NCBI GenBank assembly: GCA_051313645.2
Contig: JBNRSN020000013.1
Span: forward strand, 139,996,001-140,060,000
Origin: Centroscyllium fabricii
Lineage: Eukaryota
DNA length: 64,000 nt
Direction: 5' to 3'
The translations under genes and the position numbers were made by a program. The notes beneath the pieces were generated by a model. That model was not told the origin of the DNA. It searched no databases and saw only the letters and a program-made list of their open reading frames with translations. Positions 36,165 to 48,507 of this stretch are shown piece after piece. The first letter of the stretch is position 1, and every line of letters begins with the position of its first letter.

Positions 36165-36757
36165 ATGGACTCCAACATTTTACCCACCACAGATGTTAGG
36201 CTAACCGGCCTATAGTTTCCAGCCTTTTGTCTGTCTCCCTTTTTAAATAAGGGCGTTACATTAGCAGTTTTCCATATATGGTGGATATAAAACACAGGGG
36301 CTTCCGTGCATGACGGTCAAGTCTATCTATCCTTTATTCAAATTGTATGTAGCAGGATCTTTATTTCATCACGCTGCATTTTCTGGCAATATAACGTGAG
36401 CCTCTCTGCATCACTGTCATAAGACCGAGATAAATCTGGTCACTAGCTGTTAATCCCCTCCACTAAATATGTATCTTGCAGAGGGAAGGTTGTGTAATGT
36501 TATAGTGTTGCATAGCTGTGAATTTTGAGTTGTTGCCTCAAAATGATGATGGATATTATATTTACCCAATAATCATTTTTATTTGATTGGAGACTAAATG
36601 GTGCTGGGTATTCAGCTGTCCGACATTTCAGAATTCTCTCTTTCACACTCTTTGGGAATTAAGACAGTAGCACTTTCCTTCGTTTGAAAAGTGATCCTTG
36701 GTTGAGGAAGCGAGGCTGGAATTCAGGAGTGTTCTGTGAGGCCTGGTTTTCCATATA

Positions 36758-37180
36758 CAGGTTGAAGTTCGTTAATCTGACACGGGCGGGACCAGGCCCG
36801 TACCAGACAAGTGAAAATCCCGAACGATTGAAGTTACGGCGAGCGCATGCACAGACCATTCAAAATGGCCGCCGCGAAAGGCCGGCGGCCATTTTGAGTG
36901 GTCTGCGCATGCGCTGATCGTCTGGGGAGACCCGGCTCGGGGAGGCTCACAGCGGCCAGGCTCGGGGAAGCTCGCAGCGGCCAGGCTCGGGGAAGCTCGC
37001 AGCGGCCAGGCTCCGTGAAGCTCGCAGCGGCCAGGCTCCGTGAAGCTCGCAGCGGCCAGGCTCCGTGAAGCTCGCAGCGGCCAGGCTCCGTGAAGCTCGC
37101 AGCGGCCAGGCTCGGGGAAGCTCGCAGCGGCCAGGCTCGGCCATTGTGAATGATCTGCGCATGCGCGCGCCGTTCGGCTA
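36758..37180. mobile_element. Tigger-like MITE, truncated, with a 25-bp tandem array
   Basis: TA|CAGGTTGAAGTTCGTTAATC; repeats of GCTCGCAGCGGCCAGGCTCCGTGAA at about 36940-37140. Confidence 0.65.
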
Positions 37181-37204
37181 CCCAGATCCTTTCACTTGTA
37201 AATA

Positions 37205-37674
37205 CAGGTCCAGCACCGTTAATCCGGACACCGGTAATCCGGAAACTTCAGTCGTCCGGAACGAATCCGGACGACTGGTCTGCACATGCGCAAAATGGCC
37301 GCCGTGCTCGGCTGCGTGTGCGCAAAATGGCCGCTGTGCTTGGCTGCACATGCCCAGGCCTCTCCCTGACTGCCAGACTGGTCTGCGCATGCGCAAAATG
37401 GTCGCCGTGCTCGGCTGCGCATGAGCAAAATGGCTGCCGTGCTCGGCTGCGCATGCGCAAAATGGCCGCCGCACTTGGCTGCGCATGCCCGGGCCTCTCC
37501 CCGAACGATTGATGCTTCGGCGCGCGCATGCTCAGACCATTGAAAATGGCCGCCGGCCTTCGCAGCAGCCATTTTGAATGGTCTGCGCATGCGCACGCCG
37601 AAGCATCAATCGTTCGGCTTTTTCACTAATCCGGCCTGGTCCCGCCGGTGCCGGATTAACAGGGTCGGAGCCTA
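37205..37674. mobile_element. Tigger-like MITE with GCGCATGCGC/AAAATGGC arrays
   Basis: TA|CAGGTCCAGCACCGTTAATCCGG ... CCGGATTAAC. Confidence 0.7.
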
Positions 37675-37808
37675 TCAAGATTAGCAACGTATAATGTAAT
37701 TCACTCGTCATTGAGGTAGGTGAAAATACAACTCTGATCATGGGTATTCATTTTAAATAGCTTTTGTGTTTTTTCTCTATTGAGTGTCTTTTGTAATTCT
37801 GAACTGTG

Positions 37809-38600
37809 CAATTCAATTCAATTCAATTCAAGTTTTATTGTCATTGCAGAGTACTAGTACAATACAACGAGACGAAGACTCGACTCTCCCGAGAGTAGTG
37901 CAAATAAAATAAATAAATTACATGCAAAATGCATACAGTAGAGTACATTATCAGGCGTGCAGGTACCGGAGTTTCTTTTTAGAGTTCAGGAGGTTGACAG
38001 CCCTGGGGAAGAAGCTGTTCTAAAATCTAGTCGTGCGGGTGCAAATTGCTCTGTAGCGTCTCCCGGAGGGCAGGGGGGCGAACAGACTGTGGCTGGGGTG
38101 TGTGGGGTCTTTAATAATGTTCATAGACCTCCGTAAGCAGCGTTTGAGGTAGATGCTTTCCATTGACGGTAGCTGGGTGCCGGTGATTCGTTGGGCAGTT
38201 TTGACTACCCGCTGCAGGGTTTTCCGGTCCGAGATAGTGCAATTACCATACCAGACAGTGATGCAGCTTGTCAGTATGCTTTCTATTGTGCAGCGGTAGA
38301 AGTTGGAAAGGATGCCGGATGACAGCCTGGCTTTCTTCAGCTTCCTTAGGAAGTACAGGCGCTGTTGGGCCTCCTTAACCAGAGATGAGGTGTTTAGTGA
38401 CCAGGAGAGATCTTCCGAGATGTGGACCCCGAGGAACTTGAAGCTGGACACCCTTTCCACCTCAGCCCCTTGGATGAAGATGGGGGGGTGTCTTCTGCTT
38501 CCAGTCCTCCGGAAGTCCACTATGATCTCCTTGGTTTTCTTGGTGTTCAGTGCCAGGTTGTTGTCGGCACACCAACCCACAAGGCGCTGGATCTCATCCA
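37809..38600 (-). mobile_element. Rex1/Babar LINE 3' fragment
   Basis: ORF 38020..38622: WCADNNLALNTKKTKE, FKFLGV, QRLYFLR, LPSGRR. Confidence 0.9.
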
Positions 38601-38779
38601 CAAGTGTTGAGAAACTCAACACTTGTGGAACTTAGGCACGTCCTGTTGCCAAAGCCAGAAACTCCAGATAAGACTTTGCTTCCAGGTAACATTGAAGCTT
38701 CAGTGCTTTTAAATTTCACATTCTGTCCCTTTCTTTCTCTTTTCCCCTTCCCTCTACCCGCTCACGGTGGTATAGAGAG

Positions 38780-38965
38780 AGGGGTGCAGGCGGCTGTCAG
38801 CCTCCTGAACTCTAAAAATAAACTCCGGTACCTGCACGCCTGAAAATGTACTTTACTGTATACAATTTGCATGTAATTTATTTGCACTACTCTCGGGAGC
38901 ATCGAGTCTTTGTCTCGTTGTATTGTACTAGTACTCTGCAATGACAATAAAACTTGAATTGAATT
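38780..38965 (+). mobile_element. Rex1/Babar 3' tail fragment
   Basis: Reverse complement of about 37815-38000. Confidence 0.8.
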
Positions 38966-40253
38966 GTGGTTACAGACACCAGCTTAATCTTCATGGGATG
39001 CAGGACATGGAAAAATTAGATTACTGGTGGCTGGGAAGATTTGGGGTGGTTTGTTTCACGGTGGATGTGACTGCAAAAGGTTGCAGCTCCATAACCTTTC
39101 TATCTTCATTGCGTTATGAGGAGTTAATTTAATGAGATCTTTCTTTCTTTGGCATGTTTGCTTTGCTGCTTGTTCTGGCATCTGTAGAATGTGTTTGGTA
39201 AGAGCACAGTGTGTTTGCGTTTGATTGAAAAGATAAGCAGTGAGTGGGATGGTATCAGGCTTGGAAATGGCTCATTTAAAGAGGAACTTTTTTCTGGTGG
39301 ATATCATGGAGAAGGCAGAATTGTTGGAATGTACAAAAGAGGATAAATCTTGCAGAAAATGGCGCAGCCTGGTGTTTAAAATCTGCGGTCTATGGATACC
39401 CTGAGCCAAGCATAGCATTTTCTAGCAGCTAGGCTGGTGTTTAATCAGCCTGTAGGCAGTATATTTGACTTCCACGCATGCTGGGTATGCATTCTCAGTG
39501 CTGATGTTAGTCAGGTACGGAGACTGTATATAATCTACACCCTGATTGATCACAGTGGCTGTGGAGTTTCATGGATGTGCAGAGATATATGTTGAACATT
39601 TGGCAGTAGTGCAGCACCCTTTTGGTGTCCACTGATCTGTGTTGTATAAAATAAACAAATATATATTGGTGTTCTGGTAGACCACAAGTACAATTTCACT
39701 TCAAGTGCCTTTAACGTAGTAAATGTCTGAAGGTGCTTCGCAAGAGAAATGGGCACCTGGCAATATTAGTTCGGAGAAATGCCGGAAAAACAAGGTCGAA
39801 GAGATCGATATTGAAGTTTTAAAATGGGGCAGATGGACAGTAAAGCAAAGGGGTTTAGAGAGGGTGTACCCAAGGGGAGGGACTAGCATCTGAATGTTCT
39901 GTCTATCCGGCATTTCTTTGCACTGGTTACAGTGTGCAACCACTGGTGCAAAAGCAGCTGGCCCAAATCCATACCAATTTATTTTTAAAGGAAAATCCTG
40001 CCATCCCACTGTAACATCATTTGCATTTCAATTATTGAATGAGTCCATTTTTGCTAGTTCATAAGCCAGTGATCTTCACTTCATGCACAAGTGCAGAGCT
40101 GTGCGTGTTATGTAAAGATATAAAAGAATACAGGGGAAAAATGCAGGTAAATGGAGTTGAGATACAGATCAGCCATAATCTAAATAGAATGGCAGAACTG
40201 GCTCGAGGGGCTGAATGGCCTCCTGTTCCTATCGGCCAATCTAGTCTACTCAT

Positions 40254-41169
40254 GGGGTCAATTTTCCTCAAGGTGTGGGGCATTGATGAATTCCCCGCTG
40301 ATTATTCCCGCTTTCTGAAGGGTGTGGGAGCCTCACGCAATTTTGGCTCAATTGGCCAATTAAATCCTCGCTTGTGGGAAGCCCTGCCAATTGGTTTAAG
40401 ATAGAAAGCCGGCGGGGTTCCCACTGTGTGACCACCAGAGCCCATGATTGACGGCTCTAACTAGCCTGGTCAGTTTCTTTGTTGTTTCAGTGGATTGTGA
40501 CATCACAAACCACTGTCAACAGAATCTAACCGCAAGTCGATGATTGACAGCTCTAAGTAGTCTGGTCTGTTTCTTTCTGTTTCAGTGCATTGTGATGTCA
40601 CAATCCACTGTCAACAGAATCTAACCGCAAGTCGATGATTGACAGCTCTAAGTGGTTTGTTTCACTGGCAGGCTCCTGACAGCTAGTGAACGCCTATCTA
40701 TCAATCACTAGATAGCATCTGGAAGGTAAGTTTTTGAAATGTTTTTTCCCACTAATCTTGGGCACCCTAGGGAGACAGTTAGACCTCTAGCATGCTGGAG
40801 ACCAGGAGGCCATTCTGCTACAGGTGCTTCAATGCCTTGAAGGCAAAAGTCAGCAAACCGAATGTGTCCCCGTTAGGTTTCACCGGCGGGGTTTCCAGCT
40901 GGTGGGTTTTGTGTGGGAAAAGGCTGAAAATTGCAAGGGGCCCTTAAAATGGCATTATACATGCCAAATAATGGCCCCTAATGAGTCTAACGACCATCCC
41001 CGCCGATGCCGGGCGGGACTGAAGCGGGCCGATCGGACCTGCCAGCCTAAAACTGACAAGCTGGCGGGAAACCGGCAGGAAGGGTCACGAACCCCTGTTT
41101 TTGCGGGGGTTTTTCCCCCCTCGCCAGCCGCCGAAAAAGCCACCTGTCGGCTCCAGGAAAATTGACCCC
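40254..41169. mobile_element. Harbinger-type MITE
   Basis: TIR GGGGTCAATTTTCCT / GGAAAATTGACCCC; internal tandem duplication of about 100 bp (40445-40650); TSD unclear because a CR1 tail abuts the right end. Confidence 0.7.
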
Positions 41170-42752
41170 ATAGAGTCATAACGACACAGAAGGAGGCCTT
41201 TCGGCCCAGCGAATCTATGCCAGCTCTCTGAAGAGCAATCCAGTCAGTCCCATTCTCCCGCTCTATCCCCGTAGCCCTGCGAGTTTATTTCCCTCAAGTG
41301 CCGATCCAGTCTCCCCTTGAAAACATTGAGTGTCTCCGCTTCCACCACTTCCGTCGGCAGCGAGTTCCAGGTCCTCACCACTCGCTGCGTAAAGTTTTTC
41401 CTCACATCCCCCTGTATCTCTTGCCCAAAACCTTAACTCTGTGTCCCCCAGTCCTTGTACCATCAACTAGTGGGAACAGCCTTACCCCGTCTAGCCTATC
41501 CAAACCCATCATAATCTTGTACACCTCTATCAAATCACCCCTTAACCCCCTTTGCTCTAATGTAAACAAATCCAGCTTCTCCAACCTGTCCTTGTAGCCA
41601 TTCTGGTAAATCTCCTCTGCACCTTCTCGAGGGCCTTCACATCCTTCTGAAAGTGTGGTGACCAGAACTGGATGCAATACTCCCGTTGTGGCCTAACCAG
41701 AGCTTTATAAAGATTCAGCATAACTTCTCTACTTTTGTACCCAATACCTCTATTTATGAAGCCCAAGATCCCATATGCTTTGCTAACCACGCTCTCAATC
41801 TGTCCCACCACCTTCAGGGACCTGTGCACATTAACTCCCAGGTCCCTCTGTCCCTGCACACGCCTTAAAACTGTGTCATTAAGTGTATATTGCCTCTCCC
41901 CGTTCCTTCTGCCAAAATGCAAAATCTCACACTTCTCTGTATTAAATTCCATCTGCCACTTGTCTGCCCATTCTGCCAGCCTCTCTATGTCCTATTGCAG
42001 TCAATTAGTATCATCCTCACTATTCGCCATACTCTCTCAGGTTTGGTGTCATTGGCAAATTTAGAAATTCTACTCTGTATTCCAATATCCAGGTCATTTA
42101 AGCAGTGGCCCCAGCACTGACCTTTGGGGAACACCACTGTCTACCATCCTCCAGTCTGAAGAACAGCCATTTACCACAACTCACTGTTTTCTGTCCTGAA
42201 GCCAATTCCTTATCCAAGCTGCCACTGACCCACCCATTCCATGAGATTCAATTTTGTTAACCAGCCTTCTATGCGGTACTTTGTCAAACGCCTTCCGAAA
42301 ATCCATGCAGACAACATCCATTGCATTCCCTTCATCAATCCTCTCTGTTACTTCATCAAAAAATTCAATTAGATTAGTCAAACATGATCTTCCTTTTACA
42401 AATCCGTGTTGGCTCTCATTAATTAGCTTAAACCTCTCCAAGTGCCCATTAATTTTTTCCTTGATTATTCTTTCTAAAACTTTACCCACCACTGATATTA
42501 AACTGACTGACCTGTAATTATTAGGATTGTCCTAACAGCCTTTCTTGAACAATGGTGTCACATTTGCCACTTTCCAATCCTCAGACACCGCCCCCGCATC
42601 GAGGGAAGATTGGAAAATTATGGCAAACCCTTCCGTTATCTCATCTCCTCCCCCAATTCCCTTAGCAACCTGGGGTGCAAACCATCTGGACCAGGCAGCT
42701 TATCCACTCTAAGCATACCCAGCCTTTCTAGTACATTCTGTCTATCAATTTT

Positions 42753-42870
42753 AGAAACATAGAAGATAGGAGCAGGAGCAGGCCATTCGGCCCCTCGAGC
42801 CTGCTCCGCCATTCAATGAGATCATGGCTGATCATCCAAACCCAGTACCCTGCCCCTGCCTTGTCCCCAT
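42753..42870 (-). mobile_element. SINE/CR1 tail fragment
   Basis: AGAAACATAGAAGATAGGAGCAGG... tail. Confidence 0.7.
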
Positions 42871-43174
42871 TTTCACACCTTCCATTGCTTCTACCTTTTC
42901 CACATCTACCAATATTTTGTCAGCATCCACCTCCTCAGTAAACACCTATACAAAGTACTCATTGAGTATTCTAGCTTTGTCCTGCGCCTCTAAGCATATA
43001 ATCATCTTCTTTGTCTCTGATAGGCCCCACCTTACCTCTTACTACCCGCTTACTGTTTACATGCCGGTAGAAGATTTTTGGATTCCCTTTTATGTTAACC
43101 GCCATTCTACTCATATTCTCTCTTTGCCAGAAGTCACACAACACCAGATTATAGACCAACAGTTTTATTTTAAA

Positions 43175-43212
43175 TCACAAGCTTTCGGAGCTTCTGCCCC
43201 TTCGTCAGGTGA
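43175..43212 (-). ncRNA. Minimal hammerhead ribozyme motif
   Basis: UCAC-CUGACGA-A-GGGGC-agaa-GCUCC-GAAA-GC-UU-GUGA. Confidence 0.7.
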
Positions 43213-43670
43213 AAGAGAGACTGACTTAAAGAACGCACATATGGGAGGAAGGGAGAAATCCGATCTCTCCCACATCTCACCATAGCAGAGATAGACAGAG
43301 CACACAAAGGCGTATTAACATATTTTAACGCATCAGTCTGAGAGCAATGAGGCACAGTCGCAAGGGGTCAAATGCTGCAAAACACCGAATGATTTTTTTT
43401 TTTTTTTAAAGGAATTTCCTTACAAGACAAAGATGTCCCTAGTCTGGATGACTCTACGTCAGGCAGGGTCACATGTAGCGTGACATGAAGCCAATATCAC
43501 GGTTGAGGCCGTGCTCATGGGTGCGGAATTTGGCTATCAGCCTCTGCTCGACGATTTTGCGTTGTGTGTCTCGAAGGCCGCCTTGGAGAATGCTGACCCG
43601 AAGATCGGAGGCTGAATGTCCTTCATTCTCCCTTCCTCCCATATGTGCGTTCTTTAAGTCAGTCTCTCTC

Positions 43671-43707
43671 TCACCTGACGAAGGAGCAGCGCTCCGAAAG
43701 CTTGTGA
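43671..43707 (+). ncRNA. Minimal hammerhead ribozyme motif, intact, sense to APP
   Basis: UCAC-CUGACGA-A-GGAGC-agc-GCUCC-GAAA-GC-UU-GUGA; perfect helices I and II, palindromic AAGCUU helix III. Confidence 0.75.
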
Positions 43708-44275
43708 TTTAAAATAAAACTGTTGGACTATAACCTGGTGTTGTGTGACTTCTTGCATTTGTCCACCCCAGTCCAACACCGGCACCGCCACATCATCTCT
43801 CTTTGCCAATCTTATTTTCATCTTCACATCCTCTCTCAACTTACTGTATTTGGTCTGGTTCGCCCTTTGAAGATTTCACCTGACATGCATACACCCTTTT
43901 TTGTTTGTTCACCTCTATCTCCCTTGTCATCCATGGGGCCCTTGCTTTGGTTCCCTTACCCTTCCCTCTTGTTGGAACGTACTTGGAACATCTCCTCCTT
44001 AAAGATCTTCCATTGTTCCGTTACGGTTTTTCCTGTCAGTCTTTGGTTCCATTTTACCCTGGTTGGTTCCATTTTACTCTGGCTAGTTCCATTCGCATCC
44101 CATTGAAGTTAGCCCTATTCCAGTTTAGCAGTTCCACTCTAGATTGCTCCTTGCTCCTCTCCATTGCTAATCTAAATCTTATGATACGATGATCACTCGT
44201 ACCACAGACACTTGGTCGACCTGGCCCACCTCATTCCCCAGCACCAGATCCAGCAATGCCTCCTTCCTAGTTGGG

Positions 44276-45005
44276 CGTCGGGCTCTGTTTCTTCGCTCCC
44301 GTGGTGCGGGAGCAGGAAGATCTCGGCAGGCTAAATCGGGCCGTCGGGCGCTGCTCCTTTGTTCCCGTGGTGCGGGAGCTAGAAGAGGTAGTCGGGCCTT
44401 ATCGGGCCGTTGGTCGGCGTCGAGCGCTGTTCCTTCTCTCTGGAGGTGAGGAGGTTGTCGGGCCTTCATCGGGCCGTTGTCGGGCGTTGTCCCTTTGCTC
44501 CAGAGATGCGGGAGCATGAAGAACTCGTCGGACGTGAATCGGGCCGTTGGTTGCAGGTGGACTCTTTCACTTTTCTTCCAGAAGACTCTATGGGCATTCA
44601 TGGAACAGTGGTTGGAGTTGGGGACTAGTTTTCTTCAATCCAGGAGCTGAGAAATTGGTTGGCCTGAGTGGTCTGCGGTCAGATGGATGGATGGATGGAT
44701 GGCGATCGGGTCGCCTTCTGCACTCCCTTAAACATTGATTGACTTGAACATTTATATATATTGAATTGGTTGAATAGCGTCGAATTTAGGAACCGGAGCA
44801 CATGCGGACCCTCAACGATGGCGCCGGAAAAATGGCTTGACGTCTTGTGGGTTCTCGCGTGCTGTGTGTCTTTGTTCTTTGTTGTTTAGTTGTAGTTGTT
44901 TGGTTGATACATAGTGCGTGAAAACTGCAGTAAGCATTTCACCTTCTGAATTTGTTGTTTATTTTCAGTTGTGTGACAAATAAAAATTTACTTACTTACT
45001 TACTT
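44276..45005 (+). mobile_element. Non-coding retroposon with (TTAC)n tail inserted in CR1 ORF2
   Basis: GC-rich tandem head, GTGACAAATAAA then (TTAC)n; the CR1 frame resumes on both sides. Confidence 0.55.
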
Positions 45006-45316
45006 ATTGGTCAAGGAAATTCGCCTGAACACATTTCAGAAATTCCTCCCCCTCCTTCCCCTTTACCCCAGCATTATCCCAATCGATATTTGGGGAATGA
45101 ATGTCCCCCAATATCACCACTCGATAGCTCTTGCATTTCTCTGTGATTCCCCTGCAGATTTGCTCCTCTAACTCCCTCTCTATTTGGAGGCCTATAGAAT
45201 ACCCCCGACAGTGTGATCAGACCCTTTTTGCTCCTCAACTCTAACCAAATGGATTCTGTCCTTGTCCCCTCAAGAACATCCTCCCTTTCCAACACTACAA
45301 TGTCTTCCTTAATCAG

Positions 45317-45588
45317 TGTGGTAAACCACTGTATATAGTATATATATGTCTCCCCCTTGTGTCCCCTCCCTGTAACTGTACGTAACGCCTCCTTGCCAGG
45401 GAGGACTCACCTGGGAGGACTCCGCTCCTCGGCTTCCTCCCCAGACTTTGCCCACTGGGTATAAAAGTGAGAGCACACCTGAGTGCTCTCACTTTGGCTT
45501 GGAAGATCGTCGGACCTGTGTCCACTTTTATGTGAATAAAAGCCTCGATTACATCTAACCATCGACTGGAGTAATTGATTGTGCATCA
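45317..45588 (+). mobile_element. Solo LTR (272 bp)
   Basis: TGTGGTAAACCA...ATTGATTGTGCATCA; TSD ATCAG; TATAAAA and GTGAATAAAAGCC. Confidence 0.9.
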
Positions 45589-45852
45589 ATCAGCACTGTC
45601 ACCCCACCTCCCTTTTTCCCTTCCCTATCTTTTCTGAACACCTTGTACCTTTGAATATTAAGTGCCCAGTCCTCACTGTTTTTAAGCCACATTTCCGCTA
45701 TTGCCACAACATCATATTGCCACATGGCTAATTGTGCTTGTAGCTCACCAACCTTATTCATCACACATTGTGCGTTTACGTACATGTATTCTAAACCCAT
45801 TTTTGAATTTTTTGTAGTCTTTCTTAGTCTGCTCCTATCTAATATGGTACGA

Positions 45853-46282
45853 CAGGTTGAGCACCATTAATCCGGCAGGGTCGGAACCAGCACCCTACCG
45901 GATTGTTGAAAATGCCAAATGATTGAAGCCACGGCGGCGCATGCGCACATCATTCAAAATGGCCGCCGTGAAGTTTTGAATGACCTGCGCATGCGCCTCC
46001 GAACAGTGAGCGCATGCGCAGATCATTCAAAATGGCTGCTGGAAGTTTTGAATGGTCTGTGCATGTGCTCGCCGTTCGGCGCATGCGCGGATCATGCAAA
46101 ACTTCCGGTGGCCATTTTGAATGATCTACCCATGCGCTCGCCGTTCGGCGCATGCGCAGATCATTAGCCGCAGCATCAATCGCGGCGGCCATTTTGCGCA
46201 TACGCAGGGCAGTCGGGGAAATTTATGCCGGACAACTGAAGCTGCCGGTTTTTCGGGTAACGGATTAATGGTGTTCAACCTG
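45853..46282. mobile_element. Tigger-like MITE
   Basis: TIR CAGGTTGAGCACCATTAATCCG / CGGATTAATGGTGTTCAACCTG|TA. Confidence 0.85.
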
Positions 46283-47376
46283 TACGTCCGCCTCCAGTAC
46301 TATCCCACACGCTCACTCTTTTATGCACCTTATTCCTCTTTGCTACTCCTATATGCTGGTGCCCATCCCCCTGCCAAGCTTGTTTAAACCCTCCCCAACA
46401 GCACCAGCAAACCTCCCCACGAGAATATTGGTCCCGGCTCTGTTGCGGTGTAACCCGTCGGGCTTGTACAGGGTCCCGACTTCCCCAGAAATGGTCCCAA
46501 TGCCTCAGGAATCTAAAGCCCTCCCTCCTGCACCATCTCTCCAGCCAAGCATTCATCTGTTCTATCCTCCTATTCCTGTACTCACTAGCAAGTGGCACCG
46601 GGCTACCTTAGAGGTCCTGCTTTTTAATCCCTCATAGCTCCCTAAACTCTGCCTGCAGGACCTCATCCCTCTTTCTGCCTCTGTCATTAGTAGTACCGAT
46701 CTGGAAAACGACCTCCGACTGTTCACCCTCCCCTCTCGGAGTGTCCTGTAGCCGCTCAGTGACATCCTTGACCCTAGCACCAGGGAAGCAACATACCATC
46801 ATGGAGTCACGTCTACGGCTGCAGAAACAGCTGTTTGCTCCCCTAACTATTGAATCCCCTACCGCTATTACTCTTTCACTCGATTCTCTTTCTCCACCCC
46901 CCCCCCCCCCCCCCCCCCCACTGCTCCCGTGCAGATGAGCCGCCCGTGGTGCCGTGGACTTGGCTCTGGCTGCAATCCCCAGAGGGACCATCGCCCTCAC
47001 CAGTACTCAGAACAGAATACTGGTTGGATAGCGCAATTCACTCCTGCACTACCTGCCTGGTCCTCCTCCTCTGTCTGGCAGTCATCCGTTCCCTCTTTGC
47101 CTGCATATGCGGGGTGACCACCTCTAGAAACGTGCTGTCCCCGTAACTCTCAGCCTCGCGGATGCACCGCGGTGACTCCAGCTGCCGCTGAAGCTCCAAA
47201 ACCCGGAGCTCGAGTTGCTGTAGCTGGCGACACTTCCTGCACACGTGGTCGTCCAGGCTACACGACGCATCCGGAACTTCCCACACGGCACAGGATGCGC
47301 ACTCCACGGGACTGAGCAGCCCTGCCATGCCTCGATTTAATGGACTAAGAACTAACACGGCAGAAATAAACTTAAT

Positions 47377-48189
47377 GGGCCCTGTTTTCCTGTGCTCCAG
47401 AGGAGCTGCACCCCCACGAAGGGGGGTCAGAAATGCCTCGTGGGGGTGCAGCACGGGGGATGCCCACGAACGGGAATTTCCTGTGCTGATGGGCAAGGCC
47501 CTTCAGCTCCCAACGCAGGAAGACCTTGCACTGACGATTTCCTGTCAGAACGGGTGATTTTTAGAGAGTAATTCCATGTGCAACTGGCTCACAAGCTGCC
47601 CACGAAAAAACCAGGAATAAGAGGGAGAAGATTTAGTTTTTGAAGCAGGTAAGTTAATTTTTTAACTTTAATTTTAATTTTTTACAGTTTTGGGGAGTAG
47701 TGTGGCCAGATCGGTAGCGTTAAATTTTTAAGTTAAAGTTTAAAAAAAAAATTAACAAATCCGATTTTAAGTTAATTTACCTGTTTCAAATCGCTAATTT
47801 TTAAAGTTAAATTTCTGAAATTTTTAACTCTCTAGCTAATTAAAAAATCTAAGAGGAAAAAATGGTTGACTTACCTTCCGTTTCTTCCTCTGAGAAGCTG
47901 CTGTGCCCCCGTGCTGCTCCCCGCGAGTCTATTGCTGCCGCTCCGCACTTCCCTGCTCTCACTAAGGTCCGACTCGGGATCTGGTCATTTAAATTAGGGA
48001 TCTGGGGGGCGTTTCTTATTTAAATTAGGGATCTGTGGGGGCGTGGCTGGCTGGCCACGCACCAACAAAAGCCAGACCCCTACGCAGCACCCGAAGACGT
48101 TTTTTTTCACAGGAAATTGACGTCAAAAAAACAAAACAAATTGCGTGCGCCACGGGAGCGCGCAAACGGGCCACAGGAAAACAGGACCC
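47377..48189. mobile_element. Harbinger-type MITE in the CR1 5' UTR
   Basis: TIR GGGCCCTGTTTTCCTGTG / GGGTCCTGTTTTCCTGTG; 3-bp TSD AAT. Confidence 0.88.
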
Positions 48190-48507
48190 AATACTTAACA
48201 AAAACCACTCCCCCAGCTACTTACCAATCAGCTCCTTCCTTTGTGCCAACGTCACTTTTTTTACTCTGACTTCACTTTTTCCAAAAACTGCCTCTGTTGA
48301 GTTGAGTTGCTGCCTTTTTTCCCTGTAAGTTATCTCTTGACACACATTGGCACCGCCCTGCATTATCTGTGGAATAGTTACTGCTAATCTGGCATTTTTT
48401 GGTTGTTTATTGGGGGTGACTTCTGAAGGAATTTTCCATGTCCTTGCCCTTTGTATGCTTCGGTTATGTTCATCGGCCTCATGTAACTTCGGATAGTTCC
48501 GAGTGCA

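Larger units (their letters stand above)
34011..36275 (-). mobile_element. CR1/HER1 LINE 3' part with nested solo LTR and SINE
   Basis: ORFs 34713..35456 (SGVPRGSVLGP, FADDTK), 35539..35790 and NYRPVSLTS. Confidence 0.9.
43130..43795. mobile_element. Penelope-like element with inverted pseudo-LTR
   Basis: Minus-strand body plus inverted terminal copy (about 43626-43795); 13-bp TSD TCTCTCTTTGCCA (43117-43129, 43796-43808). Confidence 0.88.
41170..48320 (-). mobile_element. Near-full-length CR1/HER1 LINE with six nested insertions
   Basis: 5' UTR, ORF1 zinc finger (VECASC...CRKC) and SGNH esterase (GDSIVRG, CFPGA), ORF2 APE endonuclease (NAQ, YRPPN) and RT, 3' tail at 41170. Confidence 0.88.
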
